NCBI GenBank assembly: GCA_963716725.1 | Contig: CAVQUB010000010.1 | Location: 1-64,000 of the forward strand | DNA from: an uncultured delta proteobacterium | GTDB lineage: Bacteria > Myxococcota_A > Polyangia > Polyangiales > Polyangiaceae | DNA: 64,000 nt | Reading direction: 5' to 3' | In this document: one piece after another, positions 28,701 through 38,358 of the stretch | Layout of the letters: every line of letters begins with the position of its first letter | Numbering within the stretch: position 1 is the stretch's first letter | The notes under the pieces: generated by a model | The model's input: the letters and a program-made list of their open reading frames with translations, nothing else | What the model was told of the DNA's origin: nothing | Database searches by the model: none | Made by a program: the position numbers and the translations under genes

Positions 28701-28957
28701 CCGAGCTCCGGAAGACGATTCTCACGAAGCTCGACGAAGCGGAGCCACGCCAGCTCGATCTCTTCAGCAACGCCGAACGCGAACAGGTGCAGCGCAACTC
28801 CGATGCGCTGCGAGCGCGGGCCGATGCGGTGCCCGCCGAGATTGAACGAGAGTCGAAAGCGGTCCGGGACCGCTACTCCGAACCCCAGGCTCGCCTCTTC
28901 CCAGTTGCCGTCACGTACGCCGTTCCGGCGCACCTGGCCCGGGGGAGCGCGTCGTGA
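25760..28957 (+). CDS. drmD: DISARM SNF2-like helicase DrmD
   Basis: PGQLVTVRNR, LIADDVGLGKT, DEAH, LTATPHNG, TDAASEGIDLQ, WNPNRLEQRNGRVDR; operon context. Confidence 0.93.
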   Translation: MEGVFRSVFSPVPTPGQLVTVRNRRFVVIGVEASTSQLDLYAELAVQSAQHLVSLQSVEDDGAGEELDVIWEIEPGTQVYETATLPDPTQGFDEPARLEAFLDAVRWGAVASADVQHLSAPFRSGIKLEDYQLDPVVRALSMPRVNLLIADDVGLGKTIEAGLVAQELLLRHRARTVLVVCPAGLQIQWRDQMREKFGLEFRIVDSELMKELRRRRGLHVNPWTHFPRLITSMDFIKRDRPLRLMREALPAEGMPAFPRSFDLLIVDEAHNVAPAGRGNIALDTQRTQAIRTVAKHFEHKLFLTATPHNGYTESFSALLELLDDQRFIRTVPPDEAQKAAVMVRRLKKELPPDDLGRPRFPRRSLEALEVAYTDEEKRMHHVLQRYAAARLEGADSGIESLATEFVVKLLKKRLFSSPEAFRLTLEKHAKSIQEARSPTRRTAPKSTGILRREIEAAEEENADDGAYEERAGEVVAETTAVFRELSANEKQLLSELQTWAAQAAGRPDSKAKALVAWLEKTLRPGGKWNDTRVIVFTEYRATQNWLQEILAAEGLTKGERLLTLFGGMPTEDRERVKAAFQASPDDSSVRILLATDAASEGIDLQNHCNRLIHYEIPWNPNRLEQRNGRVDRHGQRHDVLVFHFVGQNFEASADPKKHPGELAGDLEFLMRAAQKVEQIRDDLGSAGDVIALQVEEAMLGKRQRLDAESATERAEKVRAALRTPLEIRERIMRLLEKLRESKAELRVSAEHLKAVVDVGLDLAGHSPLRPVAIPARGERPSLTAYELPALGGTWASCAEGIAHPYTNEIRPIVFDHDLAADRDDVVLAHMGHRLVQMCVRLLRAEVWAPEGSRKLHRVSATVVSDDLLEHPAVVVHARLVVLGRDGARLHEEILTAGGEIKAGRFGRLNVGQTRQVLDSIEQSQRPAPLGVRQQFAKLWDEHSKSLLAAIEAREKQRSDGLAKLLAERAEREIRDLTHVLTELRKTILTKLDEAEPRQLDLFSNAEREQVQRNSDALRARADAVPAEIERESKAVRDRYSEPQARLFPVAVTYAVPAHLARGSAS

Positions 28958-31900
28958 GCGTCACGCGTCACCATGCCGAGTGGATGAGCCTGATCGAAGT
29001 GAGCGGCCCGTTTCTCTCGATGCCGGTGCTGCTCGACGTCTTCCCCGACGGGCTCGACCAGCGTGAGGACGCGAGCGAACGTCGGGAAGGCCTTCACGCG
29101 GCTCACGAGGAGTGGCTGGACGACCAGGGAGGCGTGCGCCCCAATCCCGCCATTCACCAGGCTTGGGTGAAGTACGTGCTGCGGGAGGTGTTGGACCTCG
29201 ACGAAGCGTTGCTCGTCGGTGGGCAGGCGCTGCCACCGAGCGTCGCGGTGCCGATGCCGGAACAGGGCGAGGTCTTGCGGCCAACCCTCGCCGTGATGGA
29301 GCCCGACGGGCGCCCCAACGCGGGCAAGCCGCGGTTGCTGATTGAGCTGCTGCCTCGGGAACAAGGTCTCGAGAGAGCGCTCGAAGGCAAATCCTGGAAG
29401 GCGTCACCAGCGGCGCGGATGATGACGCTGCTGCACGGGTCGGGCGCGCGCCTCGGGCTCGTCACCAACGGCGATCTGTGGATGCTCGTCCACGCGAAGG
29501 CCGGCGACACGACCAGCTACGTCACCTTCCACTCGAACCTGCTCTTCGATGAGCCGCTCACCCTGCGCGCGATGGAGAGCTTGGTCGGTGTGCGGCGTCT
29601 GTTCAACGTCCCGGACGCCGAGACCCTCGAAGCTCTCTTCGACCGCTCCAGCGAGGCCCAGCAGGAGCTGACCGATCAGCTCGGATACCAGGTGCGCCGC
29701 GCCGTCGAAGTGCTGGTGCAGAGCATCGACCGCGTGGACCGAGACCGCCAGCGCGCGCTTCTGCGTCAGGTGGATGAAAAGCAGCTGTACGAAGCCGCGT
29801 GCACGGTGATGATGCGACTGGTGTTCCTGCTGGCGGCGGAGGAGCGGCGGCTGCTGCTGCTCGGCGATCCGATGTACGACGGGAACTACGCGATCTCGAC
29901 GCTTCGGGAGCTGCTCCAAGAAACGGCGGACAAGCACGGGAAAGAGGTGCTGCGGCATCGCTATGACGCGTTTGCGCGACTGCTCTCGACCTTCCGCGCC
30001 GTACACGCCGGGGTGCGCCACGATCGGATGCGGCTTCCGGCGTACGGAGGCTCGCTCTTCGATCCCGACCGTTACCCGTTCTTGGAGGGGCGTGCGCCCG
30101 GCACCGGTTGGAAGTCCGCCGTGGCGAGCCCGCTGCCCATCGACAACCTGACCGTGCTCGACTTGCTGACGGCAATCCAGGTGCTCGAGGTGCGGATCGG
30201 TGGCCGTCCGGTGGAAGCGCGGCGGCTCTCGTTCCGTGCGCTCGACGTCGAGCAGATCGGCCACGTGTACGAGGGACTGCTCGACCACACCGCCAGGCGG
30301 GCGCACTCGCCGGTCGTGAGCTTGAGTGGCACGAAGAACGTCGAGCCCGAGGTGTCGTTGGACGAGCTCGAAGCCGCTCGCACGAAGGGCCGGGTTCCGC
30401 TGGTCGAGTACCTAAAAGGCGTTACGCGCAAGACCCCGGCGGCGATTGAGCGCGCGCTGGACTACGATGTCCCCGACGACGAAGCGAGGCGCTTGCTCCT
30501 GGCTTGTGACAACGCGCGGCCGCTCTACGAGCGCGTGAAGCCGTGGGCCGGCCTCGTGAGGAAGGACGCGCATGAGCTCCCGGTCGTGTATTCGCAGGGC
30601 GCCGTCTACGTCACCGAGGGGCTTGAACGCCGCGCGACGGGCACGCACTACACGCCACCGAGCCTGACGGAACCCATCGTGCGCTACGCGCTCGAGCCAC
30701 TGGTCTACGAGGGGCCCGCGCAGGGCTGGGACCGGGAGAAGTGGAAGCTGCGTTCCCCGCGAGAGCTCTTGTCGCTGCGCATCTGCGACCCGGCGATGGG
30801 CTCGGGGGCGTTTCTGGTCCAAGCCTGTCGCTACCTGGCCACTCGCCTGGTCGAGGCATGGGAGCAGGCTGAGCGCGAGGCCGGCGGCCGACTCGTGATC
30901 ACGCCGGACGGCGACTTGTCGCAAGGGCGTGCCAGCGAACGACCGCTGCCGCGTGACGCCGAAGAGCGCTTGGCGATCGCGCGGCGTACGGTCGCGGATC
31001 GCTGCCTCTTCGGTGTGGACAAGAACCCGATGGCGACGGAGATGGGCAAGCTCTCCCTCTGGCTCGTCACCCTGCAGAAAGACCGCCCTTTTACCTTTGT
31101 GGATCACGCGCTCCGAAGCGGCGACTCGTTGCTCGGCCTGACCCGGCTCGAGCAGATTGAGGCGTTTCACATCGACCCGGCTCGCGCCGTGCGCCGGGAC
31201 GTGCCGCTGTTCGATCCCGGGCGCGTGGCGCGGAAGGCGGTCGAGCGGGCGATGCTCCTGCGCCAGAAGCTGGAGAGCTTCTCGGTCGAGTCCCTGCGCG
31301 ACGCGGAGGAGAAGAGCCGCCTGTTGGCCGAGGCAACCGCGGCGCTCGACGACGCGCGGCTGATTGCGGATGTGGTCATCAGCGCGGCGCTGGCGTCGGC
31401 CTCGCGGGGTGATCGCGCGCTCGACACGCTGCTCGAAGACTTGGTGCCGACGGTCATGCGGGCCTACGGCGACGGCAGCAAGGAAGACCAGCAACGGGAC
31501 GCGAAGGAGCAGCTCCGCGCGCGCGCTCGAGAGCTTCTCGACGAGGGGCGCGGCGTGGAGCATCCCGAGCGAACGCCGTTTCATTGGGTGCTGGAGTTTC
31601 CGGAGGTACTGGGGAAGGCTGGAGGAGGGTTCGATGCGTTCGTGGGGAATCCACCGTTCCAGGGCGGGCAGCGCATCACGGGTGCGCTCGGCACGGACTA
31701 TCGTGACTACCTGGTGGCTCACACCGCGGCGGGCGCGCGCGGCAGCGCGGACCTTTGTGCGTACTTCTTCCTGCGCGCCGGGCGCCTGACACGTGACAAC
31801 GGCAGCGTCGGCATGCTTGCCACGAACACGATTGCGCAAGGAGACACTCGAGAGGTCGGCCTGGATCAGCTCGTTGCCAGCGGCTTCTCGATTCCAAGAG

Positions 31901-33408
31901 CAGTGCCCAGCAGGAAGTGGCCGGGAACTGCGAATCTCGAGGTGGCGCACGTCTGGCTGCGCAAGGGGCCGTGGGCCGGCGCGCACGTGCTGGATGAACA
32001 ATCTGCGATCGGGATCTCGAGTCAGCTCGCGTTGCCTGGCAGGGTTCAGGGCAAGCCGCACCGCTTGGTCGCGAACGCAGGCAAGTCGTTCCAAGGGTCC
32101 ATCGTTCTCGGGATGGGGTTCGTGTTGGCTCCGGAGGAGGCGCAAGCGCTGATCCAGAAGGACCAACGGAACAAGGAGGTGCTGTTTCCGTATTTGAATG
32201 GGCAGGATCTGAACTCGAGCCCCGACCAGAGCCCGAGCCGGTGGGTCATCAACTTCCGCGACTGGCCGCTGGATCGGGAGAGCGCGCCTGAGGGATACCG
32301 CGGGCCGGTGGCTGCGGATTTTCCGGATTGCTTGCGGATCGTCGAGGAAAAGGTGAAGCCGGAGCGGGTGACGAATCCGCGCAAGGTACGGCGCGAACGC
32401 TGGTGGCAGTTCGCAGAGCGCGCGCCCGCGCTGTACAAGGCCATCGAGGGGATGGAGCGGGTGCTGGTGCTGTCACTGGTGAACAATCACCTGGCCTTCG
32501 GCTGGGTTCCCTCGGGATGGGTGTTCGCGCACAAGCTTGCGGTGTTTGCGGCGAAAGACGCGGCATTGTTCGCCGTGTTGCAGTCCCATGTGAACTACCA
32601 TTGGGCCTGGGCGCAATGCTCGACGATGAGACGGGACATCAACTACTCGCCGAGCGACGCGTTCGATACGCTTCCCTTCCCGCGGAGAGTCGAAGGTCTC
32701 GCGGACGCTGGCGCGGAATACGAGGCCGCGCGTGGTGCAGCGATGCGTGCGCTTGGGTCGGGTCTGACGTCGACCTACAATAGTCTGCACTCGCCCGATG
32801 TCACTTCTCGCGAAGTTCAAACACTGCGGGACGCCCAGGTTGCCCTGGACGAGCGAATGGCGGTTGCATACGACTGGGCGGACCTGAAGCTCGAACACGG
32901 ATTCCACAGCACGCAGCAGGGCGTGCGGTTCACGATAGCTGACGGGCCACGCCACGAGTTGCTCGATCGCCTGCTCGCCTTGAACCATGAGCGCTACGAA
33001 GAGGAAGGTCGGCAAGGGCTCCATGGCGACGGCACGCCGAAGCCGCGCGGCTCAAGTCCAAAGAGCAAACGCGCCACCCCGAAGCCGAAGCAGCCGGCGC
33101 CTGCCCGCGTTCATCAGATGGGCTTTGGCTTTGGCGACGCGCCGCTTGAGCGCGCCGCGCCGGATGAAGCTGGGGAGTCTTCTACCACCGAAGACGGGCG
33201 GTCCGGCCTCTCGCGCCCGGCCCGCTTGCTGTTGAACGCGTGCGAGAAGGCGGACGCACCTCTAGGGAAGACCTCCCTCCTCGAAACAGCAAAGCTGGAC
33301 GAGAGGGATTGGATCGCTGCGATCCGCGAGCTGCTCGATGCGAAGCTTGTGCGCCAAGAGGGTGGGGGACGGGGGACGAGGTACCTGGTGAAAGGTGACC
33401 GCCGATGA
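28954..33408 (+). CDS. drmMI: DISARM class I adenine methyltransferase (Eco57I/type IIG-like)
   Basis: HHAEWMSLIEVSGPFL, EQIGHVYEGLL, TGTHYTP, DPAMGSGAF, GNPPF; GTGA overlap with drmD. Confidence 0.92.
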   Translation: MSVTRHHAEWMSLIEVSGPFLSMPVLLDVFPDGLDQREDASERREGLHAAHEEWLDDQGGVRPNPAIHQAWVKYVLREVLDLDEALLVGGQALPPSVAVPMPEQGEVLRPTLAVMEPDGRPNAGKPRLLIELLPREQGLERALEGKSWKASPAARMMTLLHGSGARLGLVTNGDLWMLVHAKAGDTTSYVTFHSNLLFDEPLTLRAMESLVGVRRLFNVPDAETLEALFDRSSEAQQELTDQLGYQVRRAVEVLVQSIDRVDRDRQRALLRQVDEKQLYEAACTVMMRLVFLLAAEERRLLLLGDPMYDGNYAISTLRELLQETADKHGKEVLRHRYDAFARLLSTFRAVHAGVRHDRMRLPAYGGSLFDPDRYPFLEGRAPGTGWKSAVASPLPIDNLTVLDLLTAIQVLEVRIGGRPVEARRLSFRALDVEQIGHVYEGLLDHTARRAHSPVVSLSGTKNVEPEVSLDELEAARTKGRVPLVEYLKGVTRKTPAAIERALDYDVPDDEARRLLLACDNARPLYERVKPWAGLVRKDAHELPVVYSQGAVYVTEGLERRATGTHYTPPSLTEPIVRYALEPLVYEGPAQGWDREKWKLRSPRELLSLRICDPAMGSGAFLVQACRYLATRLVEAWEQAEREAGGRLVITPDGDLSQGRASERPLPRDAEERLAIARRTVADRCLFGVDKNPMATEMGKLSLWLVTLQKDRPFTFVDHALRSGDSLLGLTRLEQIEAFHIDPARAVRRDVPLFDPGRVARKAVERAMLLRQKLESFSVESLRDAEEKSRLLAEATAALDDARLIADVVISAALASASRGDRALDTLLEDLVPTVMRAYGDGSKEDQQRDAKEQLRARARELLDEGRGVEHPERTPFHWVLEFPEVLGKAGGGFDAFVGNPPFQGGQRITGALGTDYRDYLVAHTAAGARGSADLCAYFFLRAGRLTRDNGSVGMLATNTIAQGDTREVGLDQLVASGFSIPRAVPSRKWPGTANLEVAHVWLRKGPWAGAHVLDEQSAIGISSQLALPGRVQGKPHRLVANAGKSFQGSIVLGMGFVLAPEEAQALIQKDQRNKEVLFPYLNGQDLNSSPDQSPSRWVINFRDWPLDRESAPEGYRGPVAADFPDCLRIVEEKVKPERVTNPRKVRRERWWQFAERAPALYKAIEGMERVLVLSLVNNHLAFGWVPSGWVFAHKLAVFAAKDAALFAVLQSHVNYHWAWAQCSTMRRDINYSPSDAFDTLPFPRRVEGLADAGAEYEAARGAAMRALGSGLTSTYNSLHSPDVTSREVQTLRDAQVALDERMAVAYDWADLKLEHGFHSTQQGVRFTIADGPRHELLDRLLALNHERYEEEGRQGLHGDGTPKPRGSSPKSKRATPKPKQPAPARVHQMGFGFGDAPLERAAPDEAGESSTTEDGRSGLSRPARLLLNACEKADAPLGKTSLLETAKLDERDWIAAIRELLDAKLVRQEGGGRGTRYLVKGDRR

Positions 33409-34379
33409 GCGTGTGCGTGATCTGCAATCAGATCGAGCCGATGGGTGGCCGCGGAACTCCGAAAGTTCAGGGAATCCCAGGCCGGGACGCCCACACGATC
33501 GAGTGCATTCGATGTGGCAAGTACGACGCCGAGCACAAGCTGCGCCTCGTGTTCCCGCACGGGCTTCCGGCGGATACGGGCCTGGTGCTTTCGTCCCTCG
33601 CGCGAGAAAGAACGACTGCGGGAGAACGTCTCTCATTGACCGTCGCGAACCACAAGGAGTTGGCCAGCACTGCACCGCCGCCGCTCGGGTACTCCGAGAC
33701 CATCGACCGCGTGCTGCTCGCCTTCGCCGATGCCTGCCGCTATCCCGGTTCGTTCACTGGTGCCATGGAAATCGAGCCACTTGCGGCCCGCTTTTGCTTG
33801 CCCTCCACTGCGTTCGCGGACCTGGTTCAATTGCTCAGCACGGACGGCTTGTTGAACGTCGCGAGCCGGGACGCGCTGAGTGTGGGCGTGGGGCTCACGC
33901 CAAAGGGTTGGGAGCGCGTCGATCGCTTGCAATCGGTCGGACCGCGATCCCGGCATGCGTTCGTCGCGATGTGGTTCGATGAACAGGTAAAGGCTGCGTT
34001 TGACGATGGTATTCGGCCTGCGCTGGTGGAGTGTGGCTTCGAATCGCCGTTCCGCGTCGACGAGCTCGAACCCTCGCGTCCCGCGCTGCATGAGCCACGA
34101 ATAGATGATCGGATCATCGCTCGGATTCGGCGTGCACGCATCGTCATCGCGGACGTGACCGGCGCTCGTCCCGCCGTGTACTACGAGGCTGGGTTCGCGG
34201 CGGCGCTCGGGATCCCGGTCATCTGGTGCTGCCGGCGCGATAAGGAAATGACCGACATGTGCTTCGACACGCGGCAATTTGAGCACATTCTGTGGGACTC
34301 GCCGGACCAGCTGAAGGACAGCCTCGTGCAGAAGATCCGAGCCCACGCGTGGGCCGTCCCGGGCGGGGGCAGCGGATGA
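33405..34379 (+). CDS. Zn-ribbon + wHTH + nucleoside 2-deoxyribosyltransferase/TIR-like effector
   Basis: CVIC...CIRC; LTPKGWE; AFVAMWF...IADVTGARPAVYYEAGFA.ALGIPVI...FDTRQ. Confidence 0.8.
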   Translation: MSVCVICNQIEPMGGRGTPKVQGIPGRDAHTIECIRCGKYDAEHKLRLVFPHGLPADTGLVLSSLARERTTAGERLSLTVANHKELASTAPPPLGYSETIDRVLLAFADACRYPGSFTGAMEIEPLAARFCLPSTAFADLVQLLSTDGLLNVASRDALSVGVGLTPKGWERVDRLQSVGPRSRHAFVAMWFDEQVKAAFDDGIRPALVECGFESPFRVDELEPSRPALHEPRIDDRIIARIRRARIVIADVTGARPAVYYEAGFAAALGIPVIWCCRRDKEMTDMCFDTRQFEHILWDSPDQLKDSLVQKIRAHAWAVPGGGSG

Positions 34380-36865
34380 GAGCGGACGCAAACAAAATCG
34401 CTCTTCGCGCCATCCGCTCGGTTCTCGGCGCCGCGCACCCACTCGAGGTCGACATCGGCGGCAGCCGGGTGTCGTGCTCGGTGGCATCCGGGGCGGCACC
34501 GGGCTGGCCCGCGAAGGCGAGCGGAGTGCAGCCCGACGCAGACGGACCTTGGCCGGTTTCCATCGAGGTCCAGTGTAAGTGGACCGGCGGTGCGTGCACG
34601 CTCGTCCTTTCCTGCGAGCCATCGGATCAGCCGCTCTACTCGGGCCAAGTCGCTCTCGTGGCGCGTGTCGGTCCCCAACAGCTCGTCTACTGCAACGTGG
34701 CGAACGACATTTCGGAAGCGGCCGACGGGACCGTGCTTGCCGTTGATGCCTCGGTGTCGAGCAGCAAGCGCACCGACACTGAGCCAATCCGCGCTCTCTT
34801 GAACGCGAGCCTCAAGACGCTCGTGCAGGGCTCTGGCCTACCGATGCTGTCGGATAGCCGAGTCGAGGCGTTCAAGGTTGAAGTTCCCTCGGGCAGCGTG
34901 ACTCCAAGCCCGGAGCAAGCGCTTCGTCGAATCGTCCATCTCGCGCTACTCAAGCTGGACTACTTCGCTCGAGACAGTGCGGCGGGGCGGGGCAAACCAC
35001 TCGTGGACATCGCCGGAGTGCTGTTGGACGCTGGAATTCCCATCTCCAAGGAATCGCTGCTCGAAGAAACACGGGAGGAGGGCCTGCCAGAGCGGAACTA
35101 CTGGGCCGGCGGCTTCCTCTGGGGCACGGGCTCGATGCTGAAGCCGTTCATCGACCAGCGCTTCTGGCAAGTCGGCTGGCCGCGCGGCGCAAAGGACGCC
35201 GCCGCTCGTCAAACCTGGGAGCGCTTCGATCGGATCAAGGTCGGCGACTGGCTGGCGGTCAAAGGCTACGGGGGAACCCACGATCTGGTGATCCATTTCG
35301 TCGGAGAGGTGAAGACCATCGACCGCGACACCGGTCGCGTCGAGTTGGCGCCTGTCCAGGTGCCGCTCTACAAAGACAAGGCGCCGCGCGGCGCGGGTGG
35401 AGGCAACTGGTTCGACACCCTCGTTCCCGTAACGCGGCCCGATGTGATCGAGCTCATCTTCGGCCAGAAGATGGAGGAGCCGGAGAAAGCAGCTCCGATC
35501 GATCTGCCCGTGAACTTGATCTTGTACGGGCCGCCCGGGACGGGGAAGACCTATCGGCTCAGGCAAGAGCTGATGCCGAAGTTCACCCGCCAGATCGGGG
35601 CGGCGCGGTCGACACCCGCCGCGCCGGGATCCGTCGCGGATCTGACGTGGTTCGAGGTCGTCACCATCGCGTTGCACCAGCTCGGTGGCTCGGGCAAGGC
35701 CCAAGCAATTTACCAGCACCCATTGGTCAAGGCCAAGCACGCGGCGCAGGCGGTCCCCACCTTGGCGCGACAGATTGTCTGGGGCTGCCTCCAGTCACAC
35801 ACGGTCGAGTCGAGCAAGACCGTGAACTACAAGAACCGCGTGGGCGACCTGATCTTCGACAAGCGCGAGGACAGCAGCTGGCACTTCGCGGTCGAGCTGC
35901 CTGAGCACCTCGCCGAACTCGTCCGCGAGTTCACGCAAGCGGCCCCCACGGGTGGTCGCATCGAGGACCACGTGTTCGTGACCTTTCACCAGTCGTACTC
36001 GTACGAGGACTTTCTCGAGGGGATCCGCCCGAATCTTGCCGAGGGCGAGCTGGACGGCAGGCTCACCTACGTGCTCGAGCACGGCGTCTTCAAACGCGCC
36101 GTGATCGAGGCGATCCGCCTGACTGGATTCGATGGAACGCTGGACGAGTTTTGCCGACTCCCGGCCGCAGAGCGTAGCAAGCGTCTGGATGGGGCCCCGC
36201 GGTACGCCGTGTTCATCGACGAGATCAACCGCGGCAATGTCGCTCGGGTGTTCGGTGAGCTGATCACGCTGCTCGAGGCGGACAAGCGTTTGGGTGAGGA
36301 GAACGAGCTCATCGTAAAGTTGCCGTATTCACGCACGCTCTTCGGCGTGCCGTCGAACCTCCACGTCATCGGCACCATGAACACCGCGGACCGCAGCGTG
36401 GAGGCGCTCGACACCGCGCTTCGCCGGCGCTTCGCCTTCGAAGAGCTGCCACCAAGGCCGGAGCTTCTGGACTTCATCATCGAGGGGCAGATCGAGCCCA
36501 AGGAAATGCTGCGCGTCATGAATCGGCGCCTGGAGAAGCTGTACGACCGAGACCACGCGATCGGTCACGCCTTCTTTCTGCCGCTCGCCAGCGACCCCAC
36601 CTTAGAAGCCTTGAAGCGTGTGTTCGACCGCCAGGTGCTGCCGCTCTTGCAGGAGTACTTCTTCGGTGACTGGGGCAAAATCGGTCTCGTGCTCGGCGCC
36701 GATTTCGTGAGGCGGCGCGAGGCCGGAATTGCGCGCCTGGCGGAGTTCGCTCACGACGACCGCGAAGCGCTGGAGGAGCGCGTCACCTACGAGCTCACGC
36801 CGGTGAAGGATCTCACCAGTTTGTCGTTCCGGCGGATCTACGAGCATGTCACGGAAGACGCTTAG
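34376..36865 (+). CDS. mcrB: McrB-family AAA+ GTPase (type IV restriction)
   Basis: GPPGTGKT, VTFHQSYSYEDF, DEINRGN, MNTADRS, LRRRF; ATGA overlap with the upstream gene. Confidence 0.93.
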   Translation: MRADANKIALRAIRSVLGAAHPLEVDIGGSRVSCSVASGAAPGWPAKASGVQPDADGPWPVSIEVQCKWTGGACTLVLSCEPSDQPLYSGQVALVARVGPQQLVYCNVANDISEAADGTVLAVDASVSSSKRTDTEPIRALLNASLKTLVQGSGLPMLSDSRVEAFKVEVPSGSVTPSPEQALRRIVHLALLKLDYFARDSAAGRGKPLVDIAGVLLDAGIPISKESLLEETREEGLPERNYWAGGFLWGTGSMLKPFIDQRFWQVGWPRGAKDAAARQTWERFDRIKVGDWLAVKGYGGTHDLVIHFVGEVKTIDRDTGRVELAPVQVPLYKDKAPRGAGGGNWFDTLVPVTRPDVIELIFGQKMEEPEKAAPIDLPVNLILYGPPGTGKTYRLRQELMPKFTRQIGAARSTPAAPGSVADLTWFEVVTIALHQLGGSGKAQAIYQHPLVKAKHAAQAVPTLARQIVWGCLQSHTVESSKTVNYKNRVGDLIFDKREDSSWHFAVELPEHLAELVREFTQAAPTGGRIEDHVFVTFHQSYSYEDFLEGIRPNLAEGELDGRLTYVLEHGVFKRAVIEAIRLTGFDGTLDEFCRLPAAERSKRLDGAPRYAVFIDEINRGNVARVFGELITLLEADKRLGEENELIVKLPYSRTLFGVPSNLHVIGTMNTADRSVEALDTALRRRFAFEELPPRPELLDFIIEGQIEPKEMLRVMNRRLEKLYDRDHAIGHAFFLPLASDPTLEALKRVFDRQVLPLLQEYFFGDWGKIGLVLGADFVRRREAGIARLAEFAHDDREALEERVTYELTPVKDLTSLSFRRIYEHVTEDA

Positions 36866-38138
36866 AGCCTTCGAGCACCAAACGGTCCGCGTCGGCGAGT
36901 CTTTGCCGCGAGCGGAGGGGGGTAGTCTAGAGCTCAGCCAGCGACAGCTCGATGCCCTCGCGCGCTTCAACGACGCCCACGCCGGCAAGTACTTCCGAGT
37001 GGGGTACCGGAAGCTCACGTTTCGGCACTTCGTCGGCTTCCTCCAGGTGGGCGACCTGGGCATCGAGGTGCTCCCGAAGGCCGATCGGATGGCCGCAAAT
37101 AGCGACGAGGCGTTGCGCTGGCGAGGCGCGCTGCTCGAAATGCTCCGCGTGGCGACCGGGCTCCGCTTGCACAGCCCGACTGACTCACTCCAAACGCTCG
37201 GGCGGTCGAGACTGCTCGATCTGGTGGCGCTTCGCTTCGTGGAAGAGCTCGAGCGTCTGCTCCACGACGGCTTGGCCAAGGGCTACCGCGCCGAGGAGGC
37301 GAACGGTCCCCGGTTCAAGGGGCGGCTCCTGGTCGCCGAGAACCTCCGCGAAAACCTGGTTCGCGCGGACCGCTTCTACGTCCGTTTTACGACCTACGAC
37401 CAGGACATCCCGCCCAACCGTGTCCTCGGGACCGCGCTCGATGTGCTCGACGAGCTGCCGTTGGGCTCGTCGCTCAGCGGTCGCGTGACGCGCGCGCGCG
37501 GCATCTTCCCCGCTCTGTCTGCGTTGCGGGTCACGCCGGGATTGTTCGACCGGCTGGCGTCGACCCGTTCGACGGCGCGCTATCGCGATGCGCTGCTGTT
37601 CGCTCGCATGATCCTCGAGCAGCAGGTCCCTGAGCTTCGCGCCGGGGCCGTTCCCGTGTTCGCATTGCTGTTCGACATGAACAGCCTTTGGGAACGCTAC
37701 ATCGCCGTGCTCTTCCGTCGGGCTTGCCCGCCCGGGTTCGAGGTCAGCACCCAGGAGGCACGGCGGTTCTGGAAGCGCAGCGAGTCGCCCGCCAAGACCG
37801 TGCGGCCCGATCTGGTTGTTCGTCGCGTGGGCGATGCGGATGCGCTCCTCATCGCAGACACGAAGTGGAAGGTTCTCGACGATCCGACACCGGGCGACGC
37901 CGACCTCCAGCAGATGTTCGTGTACAACGAGCTCTTCGGCGCCCCCCGCGCGCTGCTTCTCTATCCGCGGATCGGGATCGGAAGCGGCGAAGCCGCCGGT
38001 CGCTTCGTGGCGCGGGACCACGGCTGCGATGTCGTCGAACTCGGGCTTTTCGGCGTGAAGGGGATCGCGACCTCGAAAGTGGTCGCGGAGATCCGCGCCT
38101 TGTTGGAGCGGCACGCTGCGGCGGGCGCGGCGGCGTGA
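36846..38138 (+). CDS. mcrC: McrC-family PD-(D/E)xK nuclease
   Basis: IEVLPK, LFDMNSLWERY, RPDL, IADTKWK, DLQQMFVY, LLYP. Confidence 0.92.
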   Translation: MSRKTLRAFEHQTVRVGESLPRAEGGSLELSQRQLDALARFNDAHAGKYFRVGYRKLTFRHFVGFLQVGDLGIEVLPKADRMAANSDEALRWRGALLEMLRVATGLRLHSPTDSLQTLGRSRLLDLVALRFVEELERLLHDGLAKGYRAEEANGPRFKGRLLVAENLRENLVRADRFYVRFTTYDQDIPPNRVLGTALDVLDELPLGSSLSGRVTRARGIFPALSALRVTPGLFDRLASTRSTARYRDALLFARMILEQQVPELRAGAVPVFALLFDMNSLWERYIAVLFRRACPPGFEVSTQEARRFWKRSESPAKTVRPDLVVRRVGDADALLIADTKWKVLDDPTPGDADLQQMFVYNELFGAPRALLLYPRIGIGSGEAAGRFVARDHGCDVVELGLFGVKGIATSKVVAEIRALLERHAAAGAAA

Positions 38139-38358
38139 GACCGCACGACGACAGCTCGACTGCGTCTACGCGTCCCGAGGGCTGGCTCCCGGGATCACGG
38201 CGGTCGCCGAACCGGCCAGAAGAGTGGGGTCCAGCGACCGCTGCCCGATCTCGATCGAGCTGCACTGGCCGGCGCGGCAGCGTGGTAGCCTGCCGTTGCT
38301 CATGCCGGGGATACGAGCGATGCTTCACACTAGAGAGTCCACCGAGGTCGGTTCGAGG

